Shown in pieces: positions 30,761 to 40,833 of a stretch of DNA of 64,000 nt. The stretch comes from Dehalococcoidia bacterium (GTDB lineage Bacteria; Chloroflexota; Dehalococcoidia; UBA2979). The position numbers and the translations under genes are program-made. The number at the start of each line of letters is the position of its first letter. The first letter of the stretch is position 1. The notes under the pieces are model-generated. The model was not told where the DNA came from. It was given only the letters and a program-made list of their open reading frames with translations, and made no database searches. The stretch lies in assembly GCA_965219085.1 (NCBI GenBank), contig OZ244720.1, positions 1,408,001 to 1,472,000 of the forward strand. The letters are read 5' to 3'.

Positions 30761-31639
30761 CTACGCCGTCGTCGGGCGGCCCGTGCGCCCGGACCGCGCG
30801 GCGCCTCGACTCGGCTCGGGCTGGCGGCGCAGCCCGGCCCGCCGCGCAAGCACCGCGCCCAGCGCGGGGTAGCCCCGGCGCTGCATCCACACCGCCACGC
30901 CAAGCGCGACCACGCAGACGATGAGCCCCACGACGCCGTCGAAGATGTAGTGGTTACCCGTGCCGACGACGGAGATCACCTGTAGCACGAAGACCGCGAT
31001 CGCCGCCAGCCGCAGGATGAGGTTACGCGTCGAAACGAACACGCCCGCCGCCAGCAGCAGCGCCCACCCCACGTGCAGCGACGGCACCGCCGCGAACGGG
31101 TTCACGAACGGCTGCATCGACTGCGCCTGGTAGGAGAGGTTGTCGTACACCGCGAGCGTGTCGACGAAGCCCCACTCGGGGAGGAAGCGCGGCGGGGCGA
31201 CCGGGTACGCCCAGTAGAGCAGCAGCGCCATCCCGCCCGAGATGAGCATCGCGTCGCGCGTCAGCGTGTAGGCGCGGCGGTGCTTCCAGAACAGCACGAA
31301 CCCGACCACCACGATGAGCGGGAAGTCGAGCCAGAAGTAGACGAAGTTGAGCAGCCGGCTCAGCAGGTCGTAGTCCAGCACCCAGCGCTGGAACGCGGGC
31401 TCCACGAACACGCCGAGGTTGAGCTGCAGGTCGATGATCCAGCGCGCATGCTCGATCGCGTCGGCGGTGCGGTCGACGACGGCGCCGCGCACGAAGAAGT
31501 AGCAGAGGAACGCGAAGACGACGATGAGCAACTCAGAGATGTCCCAGCGCGTGACGCCGATCCGCTCCGGGTTGGTGGAGTAGAAGAGGTAGCGGGCCAG
31601 TCGGCGAGGTATTCGAGACACAGGGCAGCTACGCTCCAT
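30761..31639 (-). CDS. PAP2-superfamily membrane protein (PAP2_3 / AUR1-like); start approximate
   Basis: YPVAPPRF, NPFAAVPSLHVGW, TGNHYIFD. Confidence 0.88.
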   Translation of the reverse strand: MERSCPVSRIPRRLARYLFYSTNPERIGVTRWDISELLIVVFAFLCYFFVRGAVVDRTADAIEHARWIIDLQLNLGVFVEPAFQRWVLDYDLLSRLLNFVYFWLDFPLIVVVGFVLFWKHRRAYTLTRDAMLISGGMALLLYWAYPVAPPRFLPEWGFVDTLAVYDNLSYQAQSMQPFVNPFAAVPSLHVGWALLLAAGVFVSTRNLILRLAAIAVFVLQVISVVGTGNHYIFDGVVGLIVCVVALGVAVWMQRRGYPALGAVLARRAGLRRQPEPSRGAARSGRTGRPTTA

Positions 31640-31727
31640 CGCAGCAAGTGCGGCGTCTTGATTGGGTAGATTGTAACGTACGGACCAAGTCAGGTCGGCC
31701 CGGCCGGACGCGCGAAGGAGACAGAGC

Positions 31728-33227
31728 ATGCAGATCGAGGTGACGAGCGGCGAGCTGGCCGACCAGAACGTCGAGACCGTCGTGGTGTCGCTCCCCGAGG
31801 GATCGAGGCGACCGGGCGGCGCCGCGGGCGCACTCAACGCGGCGCTCGGCGGCGCCATCAACGCGATGATCGCCTCGCGCGCGATCCGCCTCAGTGACGG
31901 GGCGCTCACACCGGTTCCCGTAACGGGCGCCATCGGCGCACGGCGCGCATTTGTCCATGGCCTGGGCGCCCGCGACAAGCTCACACTCGGGCGCGCTCGC
32001 TCACAGGCCGGGGCGCTGGCGCGCGCACTGCGCGGCGTCGACGCCGGCAGCGTCGCCATCGCCGCGCAGCCCGACTGGCTGAGCAGCGACCTCGAACGCG
32101 GCGGGCAAGCGCTCGCCGAGGGCTTCACGCTGGGCCTCTACCGCTTCGACCAGCACCACACGCGCGAGCAGGACCGCCCGCGCGGCAACGTCGAGTCGAT
32201 CCGCATCGTCGAGCCCTCGGAGCGTCGCGCCGCCCGCATCCGCGCGGGCGTCGAGCGCGGGCAGATCATGGCGGAAGCGCAGAACCTCACACGCGACCTC
32301 GCCAACTCGCCGGCGAACCTCATGACACCGACGGACATGGCCGCGAAAGCGCAGGAGATCGCCGAGGCCACGGGCCTGGAGTGCGAGATCATCGAGCGCG
32401 AGGAGGCCGAACGGCTCGGCATGGGCTCGTACCTCTCGGTCGCGCAGGGGTCGCAGCAGCCGCCGAAGTTCATCGTGCTGCGCTACCGCGGTGGAACCGG
32501 CCGGCGCAGCGTGGGGCTGATCGGCAAGGGCATCACGTTCGACTCCGGCGGCATCTCCATCAAGCCGGCGGGGGGCATGGAGCGGATGAAGGCCGACATG
32601 AGCGGCGCGGCCGCCGTCCTCGGCGCGATGCAGGCCATCGCGCGACTCGCCCCCGCCATCAACGTGACCGGGATCGCCCCGTGTACGGAGAACCTGCCGA
32701 GCGGCAGCGCCACCAAGCCCGGCGACGTCTTCTACGCGATGGACGGCCAGTCCGTCGAGGTGATCAACACGGACGCCGAGGGCCGGCTCGTCCTCGCCGA
32801 CGCGCTCGGCTACGCCCGAGCGCACAACTGCTCGCCGTTGATCGACGTCGCGACGCTGACCGGCGCGATGTCGATCGCGCTCGGCAACGTGCGCACCGGC
32901 GTGTTCGCGAACAACGAGCGCCTCTACCGCGACCTCGACCGCGCGGCCGAGGCCGCGGGTGAGCCGATCTGGCGCTTCCCGCTCGACGACGAGTACGACA
33001 ACCAGATCAAGTCGGACGTGGCGGACATCAAGAACACCGGCGGGCGCGGCGCGGGCTCGATCACGGCCGCGAAGTTCCTGCAGCGCTTCGCGCACGACAC
33101 GCCGTGGGCGCACTTCGACATCGCCGGCGTCATGGACAACGAGCGTGACCGCGGCGAGAAGGTGAAGGGCGTCGCCGGTGCCGCGACGCGCACGCTCATC
33201 GAGTACGTGCTCGCGCGCGCCGGGTAG
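31728..33227 (+). CDS. pepA: Leucyl aminopeptidase (M17)
   Basis: GKGITFDSGG, MKADMSGAA, NTDAEGRLVLAD, ATLTGA, WAHFDIAG. Confidence 0.96.
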   Translation: MQIEVTSGELADQNVETVVVSLPEGSRRPGGAAGALNAALGGAINAMIASRAIRLSDGALTPVPVTGAIGARRAFVHGLGARDKLTLGRARSQAGALARALRGVDAGSVAIAAQPDWLSSDLERGGQALAEGFTLGLYRFDQHHTREQDRPRGNVESIRIVEPSERRAARIRAGVERGQIMAEAQNLTRDLANSPANLMTPTDMAAKAQEIAEATGLECEIIEREEAERLGMGSYLSVAQGSQQPPKFIVLRYRGGTGRRSVGLIGKGITFDSGGISIKPAGGMERMKADMSGAAAVLGAMQAIARLAPAINVTGIAPCTENLPSGSATKPGDVFYAMDGQSVEVINTDAEGRLVLADALGYARAHNCSPLIDVATLTGAMSIALGNVRTGVFANNERLYRDLDRAAEAAGEPIWRFPLDDEYDNQIKSDVADIKNTGGRGAGSITAAKFLQRFAHDTPWAHFDIAGVMDNERDRGEKVKGVAGAATRTLIEYVLARAG

Positions 33228-33249
33228 CCCCGGCCCGCCGCCACATGAC

Positions 33250-33279
33250 CACGGCCCGCGGGGATCCCCGCGGGCCGTG
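33250..33279. repeat. 30-bp perfect palindrome between convergent genes (REP-like or terminator)
   Basis: CACGGCCCGCGGGGATCCCCGCGGGCCGTG; core related to the GCGGGGATACCCCGC repeat family. Confidence 0.7.
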
Positions 33280-33304
33280 CGGCGTCGGTGACCCGAGGGG
33301 TCCG

Positions 33305-34522
33305 CTACCCGCGGGCGGCGAGCAGTTCCTGCACCCGGTCGAGGATGCGCACGCCACAGTCGTACTTCGACATCAGCGGCAGTTCCTCGTGGCCGCCCGC
33401 GCGGTCGAGGATCGTGATGCGGTTGTTGTCGACGGCGAAGCCGGCGTCGGTCGCCGACACGTCGTTGGCGACGATGAGGTGGGCGTTCTTCTCGACCAGC
33501 TTCTTCGCGGCGTTGTCCACAAGGTCCTGCGTCTCCGCGGCGAACGCGACCTTGATCAGTCCGTCGACCGTGACGGAGGCGATGATGTCCGGGTTGCGGA
33601 CGAGGTCGATGCCCCACGTCTCGCGGCCGCCGCGCTTCTGCTTCTCCGCGGCGGCCTCCAGCGGCCGATAGTCGGCGACTGCTGCCGCCATGATGAGTGC
33701 GTCGCACGCGGGGACGTGCTCCTGCACCGCCTCGAGCATCTCCTGCGCGGTCTCCACCGCAGCGATGCGCACGCCCGCCGGCGCCGCGAGCTCGGCGCTC
33801 GTGATCAGCACGACCTCGGCGCCGCGGTCGCGCGCGGCTTCGGCGACGGCGTAGCCCATCTTCCCGCTCGAGCGGTTGCCGACGAAGCGCACGGGGTCGA
33901 CCGGCTCGCGCGTGCCGCCGGCGGTGACGGCGATGCGGGCGCCGGCGAGCGGCCCGTCGAGGCGCCCGGCCGCGGCCTTGATGTGGTCGGCGATCGCGAT
34001 CGGCTCCATGAGCCGGCCCGCACCCATCTCGCCCGAGGCGAGGCGGCCCTCGACGGGCCCGAGGAACGCGACGCCGCGCTCCTGCAGCGTGCGCGCATTG
34101 GCCTGCGTGGCGGGGTTCGCCCACATGCCGGCGTCCATCGCCGGCGCCACGAGCAGCGGTCCGCGCATGGCAAGCGCCGCCAGCGTCACGCAGTCGTCGG
34201 AGATGCCGTGCGCCATCCGCGCCATCACGGAGGCGGTCGCCGGCGTCACGAGCATGAGGTCGGCCTCGCGGCCGAGCGCCACGTGCGGCTCGGCGTGCTC
34301 GCCATCGGGCGCCCAGATGTCGACGAGGGGCTCATGGCCGGTCACCCCGCGGAACGTAGCGGGGCCAACGAATTCTGTTGCGGCGCGGGTCATCACCGGG
34401 CGCACGGTAGCGCCCGCCTGGACGAGGCGACTGGCCACCTCGACCGCCTTGTACGCGGCGATCGAGCCGGTCACACCCAGCACGATCGTACGTCCCGAGA
34501 GCGGCCCTGATGCTTCACTCAT
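33305..34522 (-). CDS. coaBC: Bifunctional phosphopantothenoylcysteine decarboxylase/synthetase
   Basis: LGVTGSIAAYKA, APAMD, TAGGTREPVDPVRFVGNRSSGKMG, AAAVADY, FAAET. Confidence 0.96.
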   Translation of the reverse strand: MSEASGPLSGRTIVLGVTGSIAAYKAVEVASRLVQAGATVRPVMTRAATEFVGPATFRGVTGHEPLVDIWAPDGEHAEPHVALGREADLMLVTPATASVMARMAHGISDDCVTLAALAMRGPLLVAPAMDAGMWANPATQANARTLQERGVAFLGPVEGRLASGEMGAGRLMEPIAIADHIKAAAGRLDGPLAGARIAVTAGGTREPVDPVRFVGNRSSGKMGYAVAEAARDRGAEVVLITSAELAAPAGVRIAAVETAQEMLEAVQEHVPACDALIMAAAVADYRPLEAAAEKQKRGGRETWGIDLVRNPDIIASVTVDGLIKVAFAAETQDLVDNAAKKLVEKNAHLIVANDVSATDAGFAVDNNRITILDRAGGHEELPLMSKYDCGVRILDRVQELLAARG

Positions 34523-35289
34523 TGGTTGGCCTCATAGACGAGCCGCAGTGCCTCGAAGTTGAGGTCCGGCTCGATCGCATCGACGCAGCCCGTAGCCGCG
34601 GCGATCTCGTTCGCGTATCCGCCCGTGGCGATCACCGTTGCGTCATCGCCAATCTCCTCTTTGAAGCGGCGCACCATGCCGCGCACCATTTCGACATACC
34701 CGTAGAACATCCCGGCCTGCATCCCGTCCACCGTGTTGCGGCCGATCACGCTCCCCGTGGCCGGCGGCGTCAGCTCGACGCGGTTCAACATCGCGGCGCC
34801 GTCGAACAGCGCCTGGGCCGAGATGCCGATGCCGGGGGCGATGGTACCCCCCAGGTAGTCGCCGTCGCGCCCCACCGCGTCGAACACCAGGGCCGTACCG
34901 AAGTCGACGATGATCACCGGTGGCGTATGACGGTGCACGGCCGCGACCGCGTGCAGGATGCGGTCCGGCCCGACCGCCGCGGGGTTGTCGTAGCGGATGG
35001 GCACGCCGGCCTGCACCTCGGCGCTCACCACGATCGGCCCGACGCCGAAGGCCCGCCGGCACGCGCCACCAACGGCCGCCGTCAGCACCGGCACGGTCGA
35101 CGAGAGGACGGCGCCATCGGTGGTCGCGGGGTCAATACCGCGGTTCTGGAGCCCGGCCTCGATGTGCTCGGCGTACGCCTCGGAGCTCATCTCGCGGTCA
35201 CTCGCGAGGCGGAAACGCGCGGCGATGGCCGCGCCTTCGAAGGCGGCGACGGCCACGCTCGTGTTACCGATGTCGATGGCGAGGAGCAC
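34519..35289 (-). CDS. coaX: Type III pantothenate kinase
   Basis: LLAIDIGNT, VGPDRI, IVDFGTA, GGTIAPG, ATGG. Confidence 0.95.
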   Translation of the reverse strand: MLLAIDIGNTSVAVAAFEGAAIAARFRLASDREMSSEAYAEHIEAGLQNRGIDPATTDGAVLSSTVPVLTAAVGGACRRAFGVGPIVVSAEVQAGVPIRYDNPAAVGPDRILHAVAAVHRHTPPVIIVDFGTALVFDAVGRDGDYLGGTIAPGIGISAQALFDGAAMLNRVELTPPATGSVIGRNTVDGMQAGMFYGYVEMVRGMVRRFKEEIGDDATVIATGGYANEIAAATGCVDAIEPDLNFEALRLVYEANQ

Positions 35290-35380
35290 GAACGCCCCCG
35301 TTGGTTGGCGGCGCACCGGCGGCAACGGAGACGTTCGGCTGGTGGCCCGGCGCCCGTAACTGGTCCGGTATCGGGAGGGA

Positions 35381-35610
35381 TTATACACAGAGAGTCCCCA
35401 ATCGAGCCCTCGGCGGCGCCTCCCCTACATAGCATTGTTGCCTTGCCCGAGTTCGGGGGCTACGTTGCGTTCCGGATTTCACTATCACCTCCTGCAACGA
35501 GCTCAGAAGCAGCGCTTGCGGGGACGTTGCAAGCGGCCGGTGGGGTGAACCCGCTCGCGGGTCGGCCGTACGTCCTCCGCAAAAGTTACCCACAGTTATC
35601 CCAAACTGTG
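35381..35610. promoter_or_regulatory. DnaA boxes upstream of dnaA
   Basis: TTATACACA (35381), TTACCCACA (35586), degenerate TTATCCCAA (35596). Confidence 0.7.
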
Positions 35611-35654
35611 GGTTCTACCGCACTGCGCCCTGGGTCTCGCCTCTGGAGCACCTG

Positions 35655-37007
35655 TTGTCCAACGATCCTGCCGAGCTATGGGAGATGGCGCGCCGCTCGC
35701 TCCGGCAGCACGTATCCGACGCCAACTACGAGACCTGGCTCGCCCCCACCGAGGGCGTGCGGCTCGAGGGCGACACGCTCATTGTCGGGACACGATCGGA
35801 GTTCATCACGGAGTGGCTCCAGCAGCGGCTGATGCCGCTCATCAGGCGCACACTCGCCGACCTCGGCGACCAGCCGCTCGACATCGCCTTCACGCCGCTG
35901 CGTGCGCCGGACGACGAGGCGCCGGTGCTCCAGCGCGGCGGCGACCCGGGTCGCCCGAGCCCGGACAGCTACCGCCGCCCGCGTCTGCGCGCGCAGTACC
36001 AGTTCCGCTCGTTCGTCGTGGGGCCCAACAACCGCCTCGCCGTTGCGGCGGCCGAGGGCGTCGCGCGCTTGCCGGGGCATCTCCACAACCCGCTGTTCCT
36101 CTACGGCGCTGTGGGCCTTGGGAAAACGCACCTGCTGCAGGCCGTGGGCCATGCCCTCCTCGATAGCAAACTGCGCCTGCTCTACATCTCGGCCGAGCAG
36201 TTCACGAACGACCTCATCCAGTCCATCCAGCAGCGCACGCAGGAGGAGTTCCGCCTCCGCTACCGCACCGCCGACGCCCTGCTTATCGACGACATCCAGT
36301 TCGTGAGCGGGAAGGAAGCGACGCAGGAAGAGCTGTTCCACACCTTCAATAACCTGTACGAGGCCGGGCGCCAGATCGTCATCACCTCGGACAAGAGTCC
36401 GCAGCTGATACCGGAGCTCGAAGAGCGCCTCAGGTCCCGCTTCGAGTGGGGCATGATCGCGGACATCCAGGCACCCGATGTTGAGACGCGCATCGCCATC
36501 CTGCGGTCCAAGGCCGAAGAACAGCACGTCCGGCTCGACAACGATTCACTGCACGTGATCGCTCGGCGATACACGCACAACATCCGTGAGCTCGAAGGTT
36601 CGCTCACCCGCGTACTCGCTTACGCACGCCTGGTCGAGGAACCCGTCACGCCCGCGCTCGTGCAGTCAGCGCTCGCATCCCTCGACCCGGCCGAGCCCCA
36701 GCTGCCGCCGTCGCCTGAGATCATCATCGACGTGGTGTGCCGCTACTTCGGCATCGGGCGCGAGGCGCTGCTGTCCAAGAGCCGGGCGAAGCGCGTCGCC
36801 TACCCGCGCCAACTCGCGATGTACCTCATCCGCGAGATGTCGCATCGCTCCCTCGTCGAGATCGGCACGGTCCTCGGCGGCCGCGATCACTCCACGGTGC
36901 ATCATGGCTGGCGCAAGATGAGCCGCTCGCTGCAGATCGAGCCCGAGACGCGCCAGGACGTCACCACACTGCGCGAACTCGTCGAGCGCGCTCGCCAGGC
37001 TGCCTGA
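35655..37007 (+). CDS. dnaA: Chromosomal replication initiator DnaA
   Basis: NPLFLYGAVGLGKTHLL, LLIDDIQF, TQEELFHTFN, RLRSRFEWG, NIRELEG, GGRDHSTV. Confidence 0.98.
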   Translation: MSNDPAELWEMARRSLRQHVSDANYETWLAPTEGVRLEGDTLIVGTRSEFITEWLQQRLMPLIRRTLADLGDQPLDIAFTPLRAPDDEAPVLQRGGDPGRPSPDSYRRPRLRAQYQFRSFVVGPNNRLAVAAAEGVARLPGHLHNPLFLYGAVGLGKTHLLQAVGHALLDSKLRLLYISAEQFTNDLIQSIQQRTQEEFRLRYRTADALLIDDIQFVSGKEATQEELFHTFNNLYEAGRQIVITSDKSPQLIPELEERLRSRFEWGMIADIQAPDVETRIAILRSKAEEQHVRLDNDSLHVIARRYTHNIRELEGSLTRVLAYARLVEEPVTPALVQSALASLDPAEPQLPPSPEIIIDVVCRYFGIGREALLSKSRAKRVAYPRQLAMYLIREMSHRSLVEIGTVLGGRDHSTVHHGWRKMSRSLQIEPETRQDVTTLRELVERARQAA

Positions 37008-37059
37008 GCGCCTTCCACTACACCGCCTAGCACCTCACGGCGCGTCCTTACTGTGCGCC

Positions 37060-37375
37060 GGATCGAACAATCCACACTTGTTGACGCTCGGTGGATAACC
37101 TCGGCGGTTCACGTTGATCGTGTGGCCTGGCCGTGGACGTCCGCCCCCCTCGCCGACCGCGCTGATGGCCCGCTCGGCCTCCCGGTGTCACCTTCCCACA
37201 GCCACTCCCCACCTCCGCCGCCGTGGTGCCCACACCTCATACGCCATACTCCTCCCCGGTCGTCACTGCGTTACCCACACCGCCAACGGCTCTACCACTA
37301 CGACTAGTCTCGCCCCCTACACTGTGTCGTGAAGAGCGCTTAACCGGAGCGCTTCCGCGAGAGCGTGTGGATTGT
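37060..37375. other. Probable oriC unwinding region
   Basis: DnaA-box-like CAATCCACA (37068), GGTGGATAA (37090), TTACCCACA (37271), TGTGGATTG (37366); DnaA-trio-like CTA CCA CTA CGA CTA (37292-37306); local C-rich to G-rich switch; genes mostly on + downstream. Confidence 0.75.
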
Positions 37376-37378
37376 GCC

Positions 37379-38632
37379 GTGATCGACCACGTTCAATTCG
37401 TCGTGCGGGCAGGTAGTGGTGGTGGCGGCATCGTCTCGATGCGGCGCGAGAAGTTTGTGCCACAGGGTGGTCCCGATGGTGGGGACGGCGGCCGTGGGGG
37501 CAGCGTCGTGCTTGTCGCCGACAGCAAGGTCGCCGGCCTCGGGGCGTATCGCGATGCGCGGGTGCGTGGGGCGAGCGCTGGGCGGCCGGGCGGCTCCGTG
37601 CAGCGTAAGGGCGCCTCCGGCGAAGACCTCGTCTTGCCGGTGCCGGTGGGCAGCATCGTCTGGGACGGTGCGGAGCGGCTGGCGGATCTGACCGGGGCAG
37701 GGGAGCGGCTCGTCGTTGCGCGAGGGGGCCGTGGCGGCTGGGGGAACAAGCGATTCACCACGGCGACCCGCCGCACGCCACGGTTCGCGCAGAAGGGCTC
37801 CCCGGGAGAGCGGCGCGAGTTGCGCATCGAGCTCAAGCTACTCGCGGACGTGGGGCTCGTCGGACTGCCGAATGCAGGCAAGTCGACGTTGCTCGGCGCC
37901 TGGTCGGCGGCGCAGCCGCGCGTCGCGCCGTACCCGTTCACCACGCTTGAGCCTGAACTCGGCGTCGTCGAACTGGGCTATGACAGCTTCGTGGCTGCCG
38001 ACATGCCGGGGCTGATCGAGGGGGCGAGCCAGGGCGTGGGCCTCGGGCACGAGTTCCTGCGCCACGTGGAGCGCACACGCGTCCTGGTACACGTGCTCGA
38101 CATGACGCGCGACGACCCACTCGCCGACCTCGTACTCATCAACGAAGAGTTGGCGACATTCGGCCACGGCCTCGCGGACAAGCCGCAGGTGCTCGCGCTC
38201 AACAAGATCGACGACCCGGATGCGGCGGCCCACGTCGAGCTGCTCGAGGAGCAGGTGGAGGCGCTGGGAGTGCCGTGGCTGGCCATCTCGGCCGCGAGCG
38301 GCGAGGGTACGATGCCGCTCGCCCAGCGCGCCTTCCAGGTGCTGCAGGAGCAGCTCGAGCACGAGGTAGAGTCGGTGCCCCCGCCGCTGTTGCAGCCCGA
38401 GCCCCGGGTACGCGAGCGCGTCCGCGCCGAGCGCGACGGGGACGGCATGGCCGTGGTGCACGGGAGCACGGCCGAATGGCTGGCGCTGACCCTGGACGCC
38501 GAGGAGGCCGAGGCGCGCGAGGAGTTGCTGGACCGGCTGCGACGGCTCGGGGTGCAGCGCGCGTTGACGCGGCTCGGCGTGCGGTCGGGGGAACGGGTCC
38601 GCATCGGCGAGGTCGAGCTGACGTGGGAGTGA
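37379..38632 (+). CDS. obgE: GTPase ObgE
   Basis: RREKFVP.GGPDGGDGGRGG, LKLLADVGLVGLPNAGKSTLL, YPFTTL, DMPGLIEGA, NKID. Confidence 0.97.
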   Translation: MIDHVQFVVRAGSGGGGIVSMRREKFVPQGGPDGGDGGRGGSVVLVADSKVAGLGAYRDARVRGASAGRPGGSVQRKGASGEDLVLPVPVGSIVWDGAERLADLTGAGERLVVARGGRGGWGNKRFTTATRRTPRFAQKGSPGERRELRIELKLLADVGLVGLPNAGKSTLLGAWSAAQPRVAPYPFTTLEPELGVVELGYDSFVAADMPGLIEGASQGVGLGHEFLRHVERTRVLVHVLDMTRDDPLADLVLINEELATFGHGLADKPQVLALNKIDDPDAAAHVELLEEQVEALGVPWLAISAASGEGTMPLAQRAFQVLQEQLEHEVESVPPPLLQPEPRVRERVRAERDGDGMAVVHGSTAEWLALTLDAEEAEAREELLDRLRRLGVQRALTRLGVRSGERVRIGEVELTWE

Positions 38633-39237
38633 GCGAAGCCTCGCGTATCGGCGTGTTGGGCGGGACGTTCGACCCGCCGCACCTCGCGCACCTCGTGCTC
38701 GCCGCCGCCGCGCGCCGCGCGTTGCAACTCGACCGCGTCGTGCTCGTGCCGGCCGGCGATCCCTGGCGCAAGGCCGACCGCGCCGTGACGCCGGCGCGGA
38801 CACGCCTGCAACTCGTGGGGGCAGCCGCCGAGGGGCTGCCGTGGGCCCAGGTCAGCGCCATCGAGGTCGAGCGCGACGGCCCGACGTACACCCTCGACAC
38901 GTTCGAGGAGCTGGCCACAGCCGAGCCGGACGCGGCGTGGTGGTTCCTGCTCGGGGAGGACGCGCTCGCCGACCTCCCGCACTGGCACGAGCCGCTGTGG
39001 CTGGTGCAGCGCGTGCGCTTCGGCCTCGCGCAGCGGCCGGGCGCCGAGCCAGCGGCGAGCACGCTCGAGGTGGTGCCCGGGCTGGCCAGCCGCGTCGACT
39101 TCGTGCCGATGCCGGCGCTCGACGTCTCGGCGAGCGAGCTGCGTCGTCGCGTCGCGCGCGGGGAGCCGACGGCGCCGCGCCTCCGGGCGGCCGTGCGGCG
39201 GCTCATCGACGACCTCGGGCTGTATCGGGACGCGTGA
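38629..39237 (+). CDS. nadD: Nicotinate-nucleotide adenylyltransferase
   Basis: IGVLGGTFDPPHLAH, TYTLDT, LGED, VSASELR. Confidence 0.94.
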   Translation: MSEASRIGVLGGTFDPPHLAHLVLAAAARRALQLDRVVLVPAGDPWRKADRAVTPARTRLQLVGAAAEGLPWAQVSAIEVERDGPTYTLDTFEELATAEPDAAWWFLLGEDALADLPHWHEPLWLVQRVRFGLAQRPGAEPAASTLEVVPGLASRVDFVPMPALDVSASELRRRVARGEPTAPRLRAAVRRLIDDLGLYRDA

Positions 39238-39251
39238 GCCGCGCCGGGGCG

Positions 39252-39953
39252 CTACGCCTCCTCGGGCGGGCGTCCGATGAGCACCGAAGCGCGCGGGATC
39301 GGCGGGAACAGGAACGGGCGCAGCAGCGCGTCCGTGACGAACGGGAACCCAGCCGCGGTCGCAAAGCGCATCAGCGTCGCCGTCGAGCGCATGTACGGCT
39401 CCTTCACGTGGGACGCGATGCAGAGCACGTTGAATGCGTCGAGCAGCCTGCGCCCCGTCGGGGCGAAGTCCCATATCAGGGCGAGCCCGCCTGGTGAGAG
39501 CACGCGATAGATCTCGTCGAGCAGGTCGCGCAGCCCATCGTCGTCGAGGTGCTTGACGAGGTGGCCGCACAGCACGAGTTGGAAGCAGCTGTCGGCGAAC
39601 GGCAGGCGCGTCGCGGTCGCCTGCACGAGCGCGCTGGGCCGGCCGGAGCGCGCCTCGTCCTTCGCGGCGAGCTTGAGCATCGGGCGCGAGAAGTCGAGGC
39701 CCACAGGGTCGCGCTCGAACGGCAGCTGGCGGTCGAGCAGGCGCAGCAGGGCGCCGCGGCCCGTGCCGATGTCGAGGGTGCGCTCGCTGCCGGTGAGGTT
39801 GAGCTCGGTGGGGAGGCGCAGCACCGGGGTGTTCACCGCGAAGGCGCCCTGCTCGCCCAGGAACCAGCGCATGAGGATCCCGCTGGGGGAGGGCACACGG
39901 AGCCATTGGTTGTATTCGGAGAGGCGCGCTCGCTCGTGGGAGTCGGGGGTCAC
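39252..39953 (-). CDS. Class I SAM-dependent methyltransferase
   Basis: LDIGTGRG, GLDFSRPML, ATRLPFAD, EIYRVLSPGG; start approximate. Confidence 0.85.
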   Translation of the reverse strand: MTPDSHERARLSEYNQWLRVPSPSGILMRWFLGEQGAFAVNTPVLRLPTELNLTGSERTLDIGTGRGALLRLLDRQLPFERDPVGLDFSRPMLKLAAKDEARSGRPSALVQATATRLPFADSCFQLVLCGHLVKHLDDDGLRDLLDEIYRVLSPGGLALIWDFAPTGRRLLDAFNVLCIASHVKEPYMRSTATLMRFATAAGFPFVTDALLRPFLFPPIPRASVLIGRPPEEA

Positions 39954-39985
39954 GTCGGCGATGGTGGCACGCTCGGGCGGGCTGC

Positions 39986-40450
39986 TCAATCGTCCGAGGT
40001 GCGGAGGTCGAACGAGAGCCTGACGCGCGCTTCGGACGCGGCCGCCCAGTCGCACATCTCCGCCAGCTCCGTGAGCCGAGGGGCGAGGGCGTCGTAGCCA
40101 TCGAGGAGCCCGTCCAGCTCCTCGTCGCCGCCGGCGATGGCGGCGGTGATGGCGCGGCAACACTCGGCGAGCGGTGCGGCGTCCTGCCAGGCGTGGTCCA
40201 GTTCGTGCTGGTCGGTGGGGTCCTCGACGTCGCGGTCGGCGTAGCGCAGCAGGGGGCGCAGCTCGACCTTGAAGCGGCGCTGCATGCGCATTGATGCCTG
40301 CGCCAGCTCGTGCTGCCCGCCGAAGCGCACGGTGTACGCCCACGAGGCGAAGAACAGCACGATCGTCGGGTCGCCGCCGAACGCGACGGGGCAGTCCTCG
40401 GCGCCGTCGAACTCGACGTGCAGGCGTTGCGTAGCGGCGTCGGACGTCAC
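39986..40450 (-). CDS. Hypothetical protein
   Basis: Protein-like frame from GTG 40450, overlapping the upstream stop. Confidence 0.65.
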   Translation of the reverse strand: MTSDAATQRLHVEFDGAEDCPVAFGGDPTIVLFFASWAYTVRFGGQHELAQASMRMQRRFKVELRPLLRYADRDVEDPTDQHELDHAWQDAAPLAECCRAITAAIAGGDEELDGLLDGYDALAPRLTELAEMCDWAAASEARVRLSFDLRTSDD

Positions 40451-40833
40451 GAGGGCTCTCCGAACCAGATGCCGAGGTACTTGGTGAACCAGAACAGCGC
40501 GACGTACGTCGTGAGGGCCGCGGCGGCCAGCACCGCGAGCATGCGGCGGTAGCGCAGCGCCCCATCGATCGAGCAGGCGCCGCGCCGGCGCAGGTGCAGC
40601 ACGACGGCGGTGACCGCGACGAGCGCGCCCGCGCCGCGGAAGTACCAGCCGTAGTCGTAGTAGAGGTTGTCGCCGAGCGTGACGCCCTGCGCGGCCGTCG
40701 CGATGCCGAGCAGCACGGCGACCACCGGCGAGACGCAGCACATGATGCCGGTCAGCCCCGAGACCAGCCCGATCATCACGCCGGCGCACACCTGGCGGTC
40801 CTCGGTGGGTGGCGCGGAAGGCGCGGCGGTCAT
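40447..40833 (-). CDS. MerT-like small membrane protein
   Basis: GIMCCVSP in TM1, GACS loop, three TM helices. Confidence 0.6.
   Translation of the reverse strand: MTAAPSAPPTEDRQVCAGVMIGLVSGLTGIMCCVSPVVAVLLGIATAAQGVTLGDNLYYDYGWYFRGAGALVAVTAVVLHLRRRGACSIDGALRYRRMLAVLAAAALTTYVALFWFTKYLGIWFGEPS

Noticed and set aside
30864-30878. GCGGGGTAGCCCCGG in the PAP2 gene as another palindrome copy
   Set aside because: Two mismatches and no flanking consensus; could be chance
40447-40833. Mercury-resistance (mer) operon
   Set aside because: Only a MerT-like CC membrane protein is present; no merA, merP or merR nearby
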